Shown piece after piece: positions 35,001 to 49,400 of a DNA stretch of 64,000 nucleotides. Source of the stretch: Callorhinchus milii (lineage: Eukaryota). Each line of letters starts with the position of its first letter. Positions within the stretch are counted from its first letter, which is position 1. Made by a program: the position numbers and the translations under genes. Under the pieces are notes generated by a model, which worked only from the letters and a program-made list of their open reading frames with translations, did not search any database and was not told the origin of the DNA. Location of the stretch: positions 12,772,001-12,836,000 of the forward strand of contig NW_024704751.1 in NCBI RefSeq assembly GCF_018977255.1. The letters run 5' to 3'.

Positions 35001-38000
35001 CCTAGCTGAGATTCCCTTTGGAGTTGAGTTCAGGTGTACAAGAAGACGTAAATTGCTGCTCAAAAGCTGGTGTCTATCTTAACAGAGAAGCATAACATTC
35101 ACACATCCTTTAACACAGCGCTCCAGGAGACTATTATTCATTCAAAACAGTCCATGATCTCTTTTCTCGGGTAGAGAACCGTTTACAAACCTATTAATGC
35201 AACAAAGTATTGCTTTACAGGACAATGTTTAGCAATGTTTGTCTTGGCTCCAGGCAGACTTTGGCTCCTTTTCCACTGTTGAACCATTTTTGTCGGTTCT
35301 TCCTTCCTCTTTGCTCAAATGGAAACCAGCATTGGCTTCCAATAAAAAAGTTTTCAAGCCCAAAGTTTTGAAAATTCGACAAATTCCACCCTTAGTTTAT
35401 AATTGTTTCCTTCCCCCCCACTTTTGTGCTGAAACTGGTCACTGGACTTACCAGCTTTGTTGCTATATGAAAACTTGGGGAAAGCGCAGGTAAATAGGAC
35501 CGAAAGGATTATACATCAGCTCATACATGATGCATCAAATAAAATACACTGGTCTGATGTTGCCTGATCTGAAATGTATTATTGGGAGAAGCCAAGTGGC
35601 AATTGGAAGAGATGATCTGAAAGCTAAAATCTGAAAGTAAATGTTTTTCACCGCTGAAGGCCACAATTTGGACTACTTTTTGGGATAAGGAGGGGATCAA
35701 ATATTGGGAAAAAAAATCTTGGTACAGACTTCGCAACACTTATTCATTGAAATGACCTGGCCAATTGGAGCTGCACTGGGATTGGTAAATATACATTGAC
35801 TTTTGTTGCAGGCTGAATTAACCCAAATACTTCAGCCTATCTCGGCTAAAATTCAGGAGATCCAAGACTTCAGAGAGAAAAATCGCCCCAGCAAGCAGTT
35901 TAATCATCTGTCTGCAGTCAGTGAGAGCATTCCTGCCCTGGGATGGTTGACAGTGGTAAGTTCTTTCTTTTTTTTTGGAGGGTGGGGGGAGTTTCAATAT
36001 AGTAATTTGTTGATTATGAATTTTGATTTCAGAATTTAGCACGGCTTCAGTGAGGAACTTTCCCAAACTTAACCTGGAGATTTACCTCAATGAAATTCAG
36101 AAGTGTCCAAAAAAAACAAATGGTATTGTTCGGTTTCTAGTTGCGTTGCTGACTCCCTGAGCCGCTCTACATATGAAGTGTCAAGTGCTCCGGGACACTA
36201 CCCTGTGTGAAGGGCGCTATATAAATGGAAGTTGTTGTTGAAGAGCATCACTCGCAGAGTGGAAAAGAGAGAAAATGAGGATTGGGAAAATTAGTTTTCA
36301 GATTGAATGTTTGTATGCCTGCTCCCCTACAAAGGCTTAGCCTAGTGATGTGGCAGATAATTAACATTTTCTTAAAATGGTTTGTTTCTGTCTAGGCTCC
36401 CAAACCTGGCCCTTTTGTTAAGGAGATGAATGATGCGGCGATGTTTTATACCAACCGGGTTCTTAAGGACTACAAAGAAACGTATGACTTTCCTGTATTA
36501 TCGTTTTACGCGCTAACGTCTATAGCTAGCGCTGGTTTACAGACACATAGACATACAAACAGGAATAGGCTATTCAGCCCCTCAAGCCGGTTCCACCCTT
36601 TTATAAGATCATGGCTGATCTGTACCTCAAGTCCAGTTAACTGCCCTTGCCCCATATCCCTTAATACCCTGACCTAACAAATATTTATCTACCTCCTTCT
36701 AAACCTCATCCGAAGCTGAGGCTGCAGGACTGATATTAACAGCCTTATATAATGTTAGGCCACAGGTTTGTGCTGATTTGACAGGTCCGTCAGTGTAGAA
36801 TTTTGCTCTAGTGCTGTAATTGACTGGACTACCTGGACTAAGGCAGTTTGCTTCATAAGCAAATGCATGCACTATTAAAGTGCTTTATAACTGGGTTGTC
36901 CTTTAGGCAAAAAGCGCTACAGAGCAAGCTGGTATTTGGTCTGATTAACATTTTTGATCTGCTTAATATGGATGTAATGAAAAGCAACTTGGTCATTATT
37001 GTTTTCTTATTTCAGAGATAAGAAGCATGTGGACTGGGTTAAGGCCTATCTAAAAATTTGGGCTGACTTCCAAGCTTACATCAAGGCAAACCACACCACT
37101 GGGGTTTCGTGGAGCAAGACTGTGAGTATTCTAGCTCCCTGTATAGAACTACTTCATGCTAGTTTGTGGTTTCTAAGTATTATCCACTGACAACCATCCC
37201 CTCCACCCCGCCCCCCCACACACACTAAAAAGTGCGTCACTAAAGAGCGTCGGCAAAGAACGTCACTTTTTATTGTATTTTCTGGAAGATATCCAGCGTA
37301 GCTTAGCGCTTGGTAAGCTGCCGTTTTAAATCTTAAAGTCTACAATGTGTTGAACAGATCACTCTAATTACCTCCTGTGTTGAACGCAGCACTTTGTAAC
37401 AAGGCCAGGATTTCACTTTAAAGCTCAGCAAATGACCGTACTTGGCTTTTTTTTAATTAAACCTAGTTCCTCAATATGAGATACGTTCCCGATTTGGCCC
37501 TCTTCGTGCACTTTGATCCAAGTGTTCATAGGGAACTCTTCAAGGGACTGATTCCAATCCAAGATATAAATGATTTGGCCATTGTCTTTGGTACAATGGC
37601 CACAGAACATCTTAAATCTTTGGCAGTTTTTAACAGGACGGTGTGAGAAGTTTGGAGAACAACTTGATGTCAAAGTGTGCCCATAGCAACTGTTAAATCG
37701 AATAAAGACAAGTTTATGAAACTCTGAAAGGATGATCTTTAAAACTGGCTGATTTATAATAATAATTGTTGCATTTGATACGGCGCCTTATTATGTCTTC
37801 GAGACATCTCAGAGCGCTTCACAGAATATACTGTAAAGTGAATTGACTGTATATTTTGTGGGCAAAATTTATCTTAATGATACTCTTATGTTAATTTTAT
37901 ATTGATATTCAAAAGTTAGTGCAGTTAAACCTATTAAAAAAAATCATTCAATAGACTGTACCTTTGATAGCTCAGGTTTCATTTATTAACTGTTCTACAG

Positions 38001-41000
38001 TCTCCAGCTGTTTGCATTGCATACCATGCATTATTATGTGGACTGTCACTGTTTTACAGATCATTATTTTCAATTCAGATTTAGGGCTTTTTTTAATGAG
38101 GTATTTGGGGTAAAAATCCAGAGAAGCCATTTTCCCCTGGAGCTAAATTTTCATGAGTGTTGCCCAGCAGGAGACACTTTTTTTCTTCCACAAATTCAGT
38201 AAATCGATCAGAACCTTTGAGTTTTGTATTCAGAGGAAAGCACTATTTTTCTCATAGTACCACACCACACTTTCCTGGGATGTATTACAGATTAGTAGCT
38301 ATTGAAGTCGCTCGCAATCACTTGCGATTGACATGTAATCTCAGTTTGTGGTGTCCTATTGAGGGGAACAATCCAATCTTGAAAAACGAATCCTAAGCCT
38401 TTTACTTGTCCCGATATACTTCTTTCCCATCTGATCCTGCCGGTTGACCGATGATCGATTTTTCTGTCATTTGCTTTGCAAACTCAAAACCCTTACAAGC
38501 AAGTCTTGCTCACAAAATGATTGGCTTGTGGTACCTCGCGCTCTTCACGGTTGAAGGGGGAGTTTGCCCAGAGTACAAGGAGCTTTTATCTAACAGGTGG
38601 TTTCAATTGCAGAGAGTAATAAATCTACGAAGTCTGGATCCATAAACCATTGCTCCACTTTAACCTTTGCTGGTTCCCTGAAAGAGCTATCTGTTTTGTC
38701 CCATTTTTTTTGTTCGCCTAAAACATAGTCACTCCACTTTACAGTCATTATATCCTGTCAAGCGCTTTGGGTACGTCTTCCTGACATGAAAGGTGTTGTA
38801 CTCTACATTTTTTTCCCTCCTCCTCCTGGTGTGTTTGTTAAGCTGGCCAGCTTTTTGTGCTAAAACGACCAAATCAATGATTCACTAGGTTTGTATCGCT
38901 TCCTGCGTGCATGTGCGCGAAAAGCAGAAGTGCTGTTGCAGTGACCCGGAATTTGGCCGTTTCAATTTAGCAGAACCTTCCTGATGTCTGATTCACTACA
39001 AGGTCACAAAAGCGCTGTCGTACTTCTCTATAACGCAGGTTGGGATTTTGTGGATCTCAACTGCTCCGTTATAACATGGCTGCCTACGTTCTTGCCATTT
39101 TTTTTTTCTCCTTTCCCCATCCATTGCAGCCAACAAGGTATTGTCCTGGTCACGGGTTTTTAGTACCACGTACATGTGTGACAACAATCAGGTGCCTGCA
39201 CTGGCCCTCTGTCTGCCCTTTGTCACCGTTCATAATCACCCATTTCCCTTCCTCACTAATGCTGTCTGCCTATAGGAAAGTCACCTCCTGGGTCACAGGC
39301 TCCAGACACCCTTTCAGACTCCCGCGCGCGATGCAATGATCAATAATTTCCCCAGCATTGGATGTAGCGCCTTTCACGTAAAGAGGAAGGTCTCAACGTT
39401 CTTTACAGGCTCCTGTTGTGGTTGGTTGTTTAATGTCCCCCACCGTGGCTGTTGCCCTCTTAAGATCTGTCGGTTTAAAAGACTTGAACAAGCGTTTTAG
39501 TTCCAGTTTCTGTGCCAGTGACCTATTTTCCGTAAACGGAAAATGACACCTCAATGGCTCCATCTGGTGTTGATGTTCTGTAATGGAGAATACTTCTCTA
39601 TTGTTAACTCTGTTCCAAAAATTGCTGACGATCTGTTCTGTATCAAACCCGGCGCCGCACGATGAGTTGCATTCCTGACAAGGACTTTGGGGTGCAGCAC
39701 AGTTGACTTTAAGAAGCTTATAAAGTAGTAGCTGCTATTAATACGTATGAAATGCATTTCTATCTTGATGTTAAATGGACTTTTTTCCCTCTTCGCAGGG
39801 TAAGAAAGCGACGGCAGCTAAAGGTTGCGGGATGCCCGGAGGCCCTGCTCCCCCCACTGCACCAGCACCTCCACCTTTTGTTCCTGCAACTGCGGCCTCT
39901 CCCAAACATGATGACTCCCAGGCACGATCTGCTCTCTTTGATCAGCTGAACAAGGGAGATAACATTACAAGTGGTGAGTCATAGATCGTGTTAATATTTA
40001 GCTTAAACCATAGTCCCTGGAGCAGATGAGCTACACTGGACTAATGCTCTTCCAGGTTGACACTCCAATGTAATGTTTGGGAGTGTATTTCATTGTCCTT
40101 TGGGTGAGACATTGAACCAGGGTCCCGTCTGATCAGATGGCCCCATGGCACTGTTGAAGAAGAGAAAGGGATTTTCTCTCCTGGTCTCCTGGCCAACAAT
40201 CTCCCAAATAAAAATGTCTTTCACTTTATGCTGTTTGTGGGACATTGCTATGTGTGAATTGCCTGCCTCGTTCACCCACAAATACACACACTCACACCAC
40301 TTTACACTTTGTGAAGTATACAGTGATATACTTCACTGTATATCAACAACAAAAACTTGCATTTATACAGTGCCCTTCACGCAGGGTAGCATTCCGGAGT
40401 GCTTATCCCGTGAAGCACTTTGAGTCGCCCAATGATGGGTTAAGTTTCTGTATCAAATGTAAGAATAATTACAATTTTTTTTTAAATCTGCAATTTCAGG
40501 ACTGAAGCATGTGTCAGATAACATGAAGACACACAAGAACGAAGCTTTGAGAAATCAAAAACCACTGCAAACTGGTCCAAAGCCATTTGTTGCCAAAACT
40601 CCCACACCATCAAAGCCAGCTGCCAAGAAACAGCCACCGGTGCTAGAATTGGAGGGGAAAAAATGGAAAGTGGTAAGTTTGAAATGCAATATAATAATAA
40701 TAATCCTTGCATTTGATGTAGCGCCTCGAGACGTCTCAAAGTGCTTCACATAGTACACTGTAAAGTGAATTGACTGTATATTTTGTAGGCGCAACGCGGC
40801 AGCCAATTGCGCACAGCAGTGTCCCCACAAACAGCCGTGGATTGAGTAACCAAATTATTATTTTAAAAAAATTGAAGGGATTATTACCCCCGGAAAAGCG
40901 ATCCACCAATCGACTAACAACTGGGTCCCTATTTACTGCTAGGTAAGCAGAGGCATATGCAGCAAGGAAACTTGCCTAACATTTCTCCCTGCCCGAGAAT

Positions 41001-42420
41001 CGAACCCAGGTCCTCTTGCTTGCAAGGCGAGTGCTCTAACCACTGAGCTACAGGACTCCCAAAGAATATGCCAAAGGGACCATGTAAAAAATGCATTACC
41101 AGTAAGAGAATAGATATTGGTGTTTTGATGGACTATCTTGCCATTCTGTAATATTATTAACATGGAACTTTCTCTTCCTTTGTTTGAAGGAAAACCAGGA
41201 GAATGTCAAAGACCTGGTGATCGGCAACACTCAGTTGGGTCACGTGGTATACATTTACAAGTGTGCACAAAGCACTGTTACCGTCAAAGGCAAGATCAAC
41301 TCCATTATTGTTGGTAAGCAGTGGTGAACCAAAGCTCCCAGAGATTTACTTCACTTTCATAAGGTTTTCGTTTGTCCCCTGAAAATGTTGGTCCCTGCTT
41401 GTAGACCAAAAAAAAATCGGCAGTAGATTTAGATATACACTTTGCCCTCTTTTTCAGATAACTGTAAGAAGCTCGGGCTAGTTTTCGAAGATGTTGTTGG
41501 CATTGTGGAGGTCATTAACTGCAGAGATGTGAAGATTCAGGTAAGGGCTGAAAAGGGGAACTGAATTCTGACCTGAAAGTTGGCAGCTGGTCGATGAGCA
41601 AAGTTTTAGTTTAAAGCCCGAGTTTGAAATGGTGGGGGGAGGGGGTTGGGGAGTGCAGGGGGGAATTAAACCTTTGGTGTCTTAACATTGAGGTGATTAC
41701 TGAATTGAACATAGTAATCAGTTAGACTTTCTGTATTTTCTGGTAAACGTTAAAGACTCCATGGCACTTTTCAAAACCAGAAGGGAGTTTCTCACAGTAT
41801 CCTGGCCAACAATTTCCCAGATAAAATTGGCCATACCCTTCATGGCTGCAGGAGCACAGAGACAGACAGTGCTGCTTATGTTGTTTTCTATGTGAGGTCC
41901 AAGTTAGAAACTGGTTTCTACATTTTTCTCTCTCTAGGTTTTGGGTAAAGTGCCAACTGTGTCGATCAATAAGACTGATGGCTGCCATACCTACCTCAGC
42001 AAAGATTCTCTTAATTGTGAGATTATCAGTGCCAAGTCCTCTGAGATGAATATCCTGGTTCCTGTCAATGATGACTTTGTAAGTGAACCTTTTTATTTTC
42101 TCTTCCTCACCTTTCCACTGTTCTACATTGTGTTCTCTTCCATAGTTGAAGAGGTGAGCAAAGCAGGCAAGAGCACTCTATGTCTCTTTTTTTTCTCTCT
42201 CTGTGATTTGATACCAGTTGGGTAATAAAGCTGTCTTGTTAAGATAATGGAGGCCTGTTTGTGTAGCTCTTTAGGAACATGTAAAGATGTGCTCTTTGTA
42301 TTGAGTGTCATTAACCTAGATCATCTTTTTAAATAGATTGAGCACGCTGTCCCAGAACAATTCAAGACTGTCTGGAACGGCAAGAAGCTGGTGACTACAG
42401 TGACAGAAATATCCGGTTAA
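32056..42420 (+). CDS. CAP1: Adenylyl cyclase-associated protein 1 (actin regulator), 12 coding exons, 462 aa
   Basis: Coding exons 32056-32149, 33504-33604, 34466-34543, 35812-35955, 36396-36481, 37016-37121, 39799-39973, 40500-40672, 41190-41313, 41458-41540, 41938-42078, 42337-42420; total 1389 nt. Motifs [34 protein letters not shown]2 [12 protein letters not shown]; C-terminus [22 protein letters not shown] is CAP1-type; tail-to-tail with PPT1 as in human. Confidence 0.95.
40691..41060 (-). mobile_element. Full-length tRNA-derived SINE, same family as 9213-9603
   Basis: Reverse complement reads GGGAGTCCTGTAGCTCAGTGGTTAGAGCACTCGCC...GGGTTCGATTCTC, then the core and the (ATT)n tail. Confidence 0.88.
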
Positions 42421-43210
42421 AGTGCATGGATGCTGGGACATCTACCTACAGGCATGGTCTTAATGTTGTCGCTTGTACTGATGAACATGATCTGTAGAAG
42501 CAATGAGCTAACTCTCTGCACATTCAACCCTTAGACTTGTACTATATTCCTATTGAGAGGTACTTAACCTGCTACAGCATAATACCTCAAGTACTGGTGT
42601 TTCCTTTCCCAGTATAAAAATGGCCTAAAATAGCTGAATTAGAGCATGGGGAGGGCTGGTGTCAGACTCTAGCAGTATGCATCTATGTTCATGAACCTAT
42701 GAGCATAGAACAATGTTATACTGGGAAGACTGTTGAGGTGATAGTGCACCAAAATGCATATTTAATAAAAAAAAACTAGCATTGCTGAGCTCTTTCCATG
42801 GGAAGATTTAGTATAGGCACTTTCTCCTTTTCCCCCTTCTCCTCCTCCTCCCCAAAATAGACAAGGTCACGTGTCCAAGATTTGAAAAGAATGGGTACCG
42901 CTTGAATCTTGAAGATGTGCCATCAGGGGAGTTCTGATATGCAATTACTCGTGTCTCTTTCCATTCCATTTTACTCTGTGCCTCTTTTTATTCATTTCTA
43001 GGCTTTGGGGTTCATGTAGTGCAGCAGGCAGTGTTTATAGAGTTCTCCCACGTTGTGTGCAAACAGCCCTTCACTGCACTGCCTGGGGTATGTTGGGGTG
43101 TTTTTGTTCTTGAAACCTTTTAGCCTATTAATATCCACAGTTCAACATGCACAAAGATTATAAAGCCACGGTAAGCACTTCATCCATGGGCCAGATTCAA
43201 CTTCTGTTTT

Positions 43211-43216
43211 AATAAA
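43211..43216 (+). other. Candidate CAP1 polyadenylation signal
   Basis: AATAAA about 790 nt after the stop; another at 42764-42769. Usage cannot be determined from sequence. Confidence 0.4.
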
Positions 43217-46200
43217 GCGTCGCTATTAAAAAGTCTCATCACGGACATGATTTAAAGGTACCATTTTATTTCCTTCCACACATCTAAACGCAGCACTATG
43301 CCAGCCTCATTTCCTTCTCTGCCAGAGCTGCTGGCTTTGCTGGCCTTCAGATTCTTGTGCACTAACAGAATACTGAGGTTTGTTGGCCCCTGTATCATTC
43401 CATACCATCCTAGTTAATTTTATCCCATGAGAATCATCCCAATACCTCCTGGAGACCTGGCATTTTCTGTTAACTTTGATCTGTTTTACCCTGGTTCCAC
43501 AGCATGTTTGGCCTGAACTTATCATATATATATATATATAACAAACATTAAGCATTAGCTGGGACCTTGACATTTTTGTGAACAAAATGTTCTACTTGAA
43601 TCAATTCCTCCCAAATCCTTACTAGGATGTGTATCTAACCAGGTCTCAAGACTATTGGCTGATGTCACGCAGTTCCTCTGGGGATTGTACCTACAGGCAG
43701 AGAACGTAATGCGAAATTCAATCCTGAGATCACTGTAGCTGCCAAAGGGTTAAACCTTTGTGTATTCCTAATCATAGCGTTTACTTATCAATTTACTCCT
43801 TTACTGTGTTGGATGAATCAGAGCGATTGGCTTGAAAACAGGTTATTTTGTTTCTGGAGACTAACATTCCAGCACCAGTTGCACTAATTCACGTGAATCG
43901 TTTTTTAAAAATATCTTAATAATTTTCCACTTGTACAGTAGAAAATAATGCAGAGCACAGACCTGTGGTAGATATTGCACACCATTCCTTTTCATTATAT
44001 TCTATGCATTCCATTAGCTTTAGACATATTAAGCTCCATTTCAATTTGTTTTGAAGATCTATTGTACTGTACTAATAGGGGACAGTAGTAGGGAACCTAA
44101 CCTGGTGCATATTAGATTTCTGTACGGGGCCACTGACTGCTATGGTTACAGTGTATTTACTGTGTGTAAATGTTATGGGTTCTGTGGAAATGCCCTTGAT
44201 CAGACTGTCTTTGTAAATTTGTGAATTATTGGGATAAATTGACCAGATGCAATAAACTCTAATAGATGGCTGCACCCGAGTTACAAAGCTTTGAGGATGA
44301 CGACAACTGGAGTTCAGAGTGAGAGATTTGAAAGGTGTGAGCTTGTGTTGAACTCGTTGGTTGGTCGGTCATTTATTTTTGTATCAAATGTACAATACAG
44401 TGAATACAGTTTTTAATATTAAAATTCAAAAGCTAATTTAGCAGTTATTGTTCCTTGGCTTTAACCAATCATAGGATGTTGATCATGCAACTGCTTGATC
44501 GGTATCAATAGGTTTTTTTTGTCTAAGTTACTCACTGTATTGTATATTCAATTAGATTCACTGATATCAATGTTTTATTATTGATCGGTCTGCAGAATTT
44601 CAGTAATGTACAAGAATTGCCCTTGGTTCCTGCTGCTTGTGATTACTTTGCTTTCCTTATATACATCAGGAATTAAACTGCAAAATTGAATAAAATTTAT
44701 TGCCAACTTGCTTAAAAATGTCACTTTTTCTTGTGTCTTCCCCTTCTTTCCACTTAACTTGCTTTGCAACCCAAAGGGCTGCTGACTGCCTGTCCTTTTG
44801 GGTCAGCTCGGTGTCTATACTTGTGGAAATCCATCACCATGATTTGAATAACCAAACTGCTGATGCTTCTGTGCAAGTATAGTTTCCAGTTGTCTGGTAT
44901 AAAGTGTGTATCCATTCTTGGCAAACTTGTATGGAAGCGAGTCATTATAAGCGAACGAAAAGGACATGAAAGGTACTTAACCCACTGCACTACCAAACTG
45001 CTTCCCTTTTCATTTGGGAATGTGATGGTGGTAGACTCGGATTAAAAGGGAAGTAATAGGATGTAGAAAAACACATACACAAGAGATAAATTTAATTTTT
45101 TAATAAAACAAAAGCGCATAGTTACAAATTCAATTGCTATTTGTCAAGCTTTCTGTAAAATTGTAAATTTCTTGGGAGTTTTGTCCTTAACATTTACTAA
45201 CATTAGCATGAATTTAAAGTGGGAACAGCTGTTAGGTAGGACGGATTGAGACTTCTTTGAGTAACTAAATAAAAACTCAACAAAAACCCATTATTATCTG
45301 CTCTAACGTACCCAGTGATGACACACATTTGACATGGCTATGCAGGTATAGCAGATTTACAGAAATAAACTTTTATTTTAAGGTTTAAATACACGTGATG
45401 TTTGTTTACTGTCAAATTTCAGTCATTTGAATTCCCAGTCACTTTTCCTGTAGGAATTGATCTGAACTGAGTCCTGACTGGAAGAGGGAGTGGATGTTGC
45501 AAAATGTGCTCCAGGTTCTCTGGAGGAAGGTCCACTACTCAGTTAATGATATTGGGAAATATCCTTGGCTCTGAAAAAACTCAGTAGATTCAGCAAGATA
45601 TGACTGACTCGCATTCAGTGTTAACCAAGGATTTGTTAGTGCAACATTTCTCATTTGGTGAATGGGTAAACAAAATAAGGCTTAAAATTATACTACCAGA
45701 CGATGCAATGGTTAAATTATGGGTTGAAAAAGTACAGTTTAAAAATTAGGTAGCGATCCAGTGCATAGGGGTGAGTGCTGTGAAACTCCTCACTACCCAC
45801 TTTTGTGCAATACTGTGGTATCAAATTAATTGCATTAAAAGTAATTTATGGAGTAGGGAACCTTGACTGATGAAAGGTAAAGCATCATAACTGTGCAGGC
45901 AGGATGCAATCACTATTTGAAGTAACAGCAGATTTCCTTTGGCACTGGGTAAAACTGACTTGTCTCAATTCAGCACTATATTCTGAGCTTAATTTTCACC
46001 AATCTACTGTTTATATGTTTCAGCGCCTTGGGACGTCCTCCCGACGTGAAAGGTGCTTTACAAAATACCAAAAAACTCCACTTTTCAAACCAGAACTAGC
46101 TAATGCTATTCTGAAGGTGCACAAGTGGTGTGAAAACCACTGACTGAACATCTGGGATTTAGAAAATGATTGCTTCATGTTTCAGCGGTTTTACCTCTTC

Positions 46201-46493
46201 CACAGGAACTTTACAGATTACAATGTTATCTGCCTCGATTCTTCTTTTCTTTAGTGGCAAAGTGAGTGCAAAGTGGGTTTCTAACTCGTATCTTTATAGA
46301 TTTAACTCTACCAATGAAGTGGATACATGTTTGAGTAACCGATGAAAGATACAGCGACTTCACACAGGGTTTACAAACCTGCCTGTAAGGATTTTTTACC
46401 TGACTTATTTTCACATATATAGGAGCAGCAGCATTTTGCAGAGGAGTTGATGCTAGGCTGAATAGAGCAGTGGCTCAGCAGATCTCAGAGGCC

Positions 46494-49400
46494 TCACTTT
46501 AGATAAGGGATTATATTGGTGATGAACCATTCCTCAGAGAACTGCAGATGGTCCCCATCCACCGTTAGAAATTGCAGTTTGCCAGCTTTGTCCATCGTTT
46601 TCAACCCCAACCGATCCTTCAGACAAAATGAGAAATTCTAAATGACTATTACCAATATTTTGAGCACCCAGTCATCAGGGCAAAGTGCTTTCAGACACCC
46701 AACATGAATGGTTCTATAAAGTAACAAACTGCATTTGTAAAGCGTCTTTCACATCACATTAGGAGGACGTCCCAAGGTGCTGGACAGGGTTGCAGGGGTG
46801 GATTTGCGAGGGGATGTAATAAAGAAGGTAAGTGGGAAACTTTATTTTCGCCCAAAGCTTCTTGCCTTTTTTAATTGTCTTACCTCTTTGTACAGAACGC
46901 TCTCCTTCAAAGTATAAGTCTCCTTGGCCTGGCCAACTTTGTAGAATCCAAACCACTGGGATGGAGAAACGAGAAGACAATGAATTAATGCTGATTTATT
47001 GCCCTGGAGAGGCAATGACCACTTGGTGTGAAAACAATTCAAAATTGTCTAATGGTTTTAAGAAATGAAACCTTTCAACCAACTATGTACATTATAGGTA
47101 CTGATGCTTGAGGGGATTTCGGACACGATTGTTCTTTCCCTTCCCCAAACAGAAAAGCCCACAGCTTTTTTTTAATAGAAAATCAAAGTCTGAGAACCTG
47201 CCTTGGTGCAGATTGATTCTCACTCTCCAGGACTTCCTCTGAAGCCCTGAATTTAAATACAATTAGGCAAAATCAGTAAAGTAATTTGCCAAATTAAATT
47301 TCTAATTAGTCTTGAGGAGGTAGATATTCAGCCTCACTCTTACTTTTACCTAAAAAAAACTGAAATGTTAATTCTCTGCATTGCAGCAACAGTTAAATCA
47401 ACAAGAGTAAATTTGGGTCCCAAGGTTAAAGCAACGGCTGCAGATGACACTTACCTCTGAATCAACTGGGTCCACCATGGAGTCCTGCAGAAATTTCACC
47501 ATGATAAACTTTTTCAGTTTCATCAGATTGTCTTTGTAGCTTTGATTGATGGCCTGAAACAAAAAAATATGTCCTGGCTTACGTTGCAAGATTTAGATGT
47601 GGCTTTTTAGATTCCTATTCGTGAAGCCAGACTTAAGAGGTAGTTCTGCTATGGATACATTGAACCTGGTCTGTTAACCTGGCCTTGTAGAAATGGATTC
47701 CAGCTATTAATCTGGTGAAGCACTGATTTCATTAACTATTTGATATTAATACATACCCTCTCCTGGTTAATGTCTGCCAGGAAAATGCTTTTGTTCCTGT
47801 AAAGGTCTTCATTCAAGGGATCATGCCAGTACTCTGCCTGCACCAAGCTGATGGAGAAGAAATTGTAAGTAACCCTCATTTCTCGGGTCTCAGGAAAAAA
47901 ATAGCAAACAATTGCTTGACAGAACATAACCCCTTCTTGGGTTTGCACCCGGATAATTTACTGCTCATTTGTGCACCAAAAGAAGGTATCTCTCTCAATC
48001 TCTTCGTCTCTCTGTCCCTCACTCTTTCAGTACCTTGGATGTCTTTCCCAACATGAAAGGTGCGATATGAATGCAATTTGTTGTAACAAATTTCGAGAAG
48101 ATACTGGGTCAATGGAAGTGAAAAAAATTAAAACAATTTCCTTTTTTATTTCACAATACTGGAATACTGAGCAAGAAGAAACAAGAAGTAGCTGTGTTCA
48201 GGCAAGACCACTAGTTCTACTTCTTTTCAACGCTTTGGGACGTTTTCCCTAACTGAAATGTGTTATGTAAATCATTATAAAGTCATTTTCAAACAGTGGT
48301 GAGGGAGGAGGAACAAAATTGAGTTGATTTGAATTGTTCCTCTTTACTGGTTGCTCAGTGACACCCCCAAAGGCTGAAATCTTTCTATACGGTATGCAAA
48401 CCAGGCTTGATAATTTACATAATACCATCAAATTTCTAATACCATACTTACTGGTCTTGAACTGCACTCCTGTAAGCACCTGTGTTCAGCATGTTCCTGA
48501 TCCAGTCACAGATGTGGGAGCTCTCTCCAGGACAGTGAGGCAAGCCATACACGCCTAGTGAAAAGGTCAACGTGACCAGAGTAGGTATTAAAGAAAAATC
48601 TGACGTTATTGGTTTTTGGCATTCAAGCAGCAGTAAGATCTACAATAGACTCAAAAGATCCCTGGGCTAAGCTAAGAAAAGGTAACATCAATCAGGGATT
48701 CTGTTTTCTGATCTTGAACAGAGGACTGTAAATGTTACCTTGATGTTGGCCTCCAAATGTGATGAGGTTGAACATAGCAGGAGAAGGACACCTTTGTGCT
48801 ACTGCTCTCCTGCAACCCAGAATCAAGGAAAAAACAGTGAAACTCTTCTGCATGTTATTATTAATCCTTTCATGATATAGTGCGCCTTATAACATCAAAG
48901 GCTTCACAGTAATTACTGTAATTACAAACACGGTAATTACTGTGTTGGGAGGTGAATACAGCAGTCAATTTGCAACGCAACAATGTTCCACAAACAGCTA
49001 CAATCCATTTTATCCGGGGAATCTTTTGGTCAGCACAACTGGGTGAAACTCCCTTCGAATCATCCCATGTGATCTTTAACATCACTGCGAACAGGCAAAC
49101 AGACGGGACCTTGGTTTAGCGTCTCGTCCGAAGGCACCTCTTGACAATGTAACACTACCCCAGTACTGCATTCAAATGTCAGCCAAAGAAGCAAATGATG
49201 CTCAAGAAGCAACTATCCCATTTGTAAGGATTCAGTCATCTATGTAGCTCACTTTTGGTCTAGGTATCTTTGTTGGTTAGTATCTATTGGGGCGCAATAA
49301 CTGATGAGTTGAATTTCTTATCCATAACCAGTGAATTACAGTATATTATTATTTGGTGTCACTTACAGGAACTGCCCGCCCTGGGAGAAGCCCATTGCAT

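Noticed and set aside
42421-46493. Overlapping antisense 3' UTRs of CAP1 and PPT1
   Set aside because: Plausible poly(A) signals exist for CAP1 by 43216 and for PPT1 near 45091-45377, so overlap is not required and cannot be shown from sequence.
47195-47250. Possible extra or duplicated PPT1 exon between exons 7 and 8
   Set aside because: Weak splice signals, no convincing similarity to PPT1, and the nine-exon model is already complete at 306 aa.
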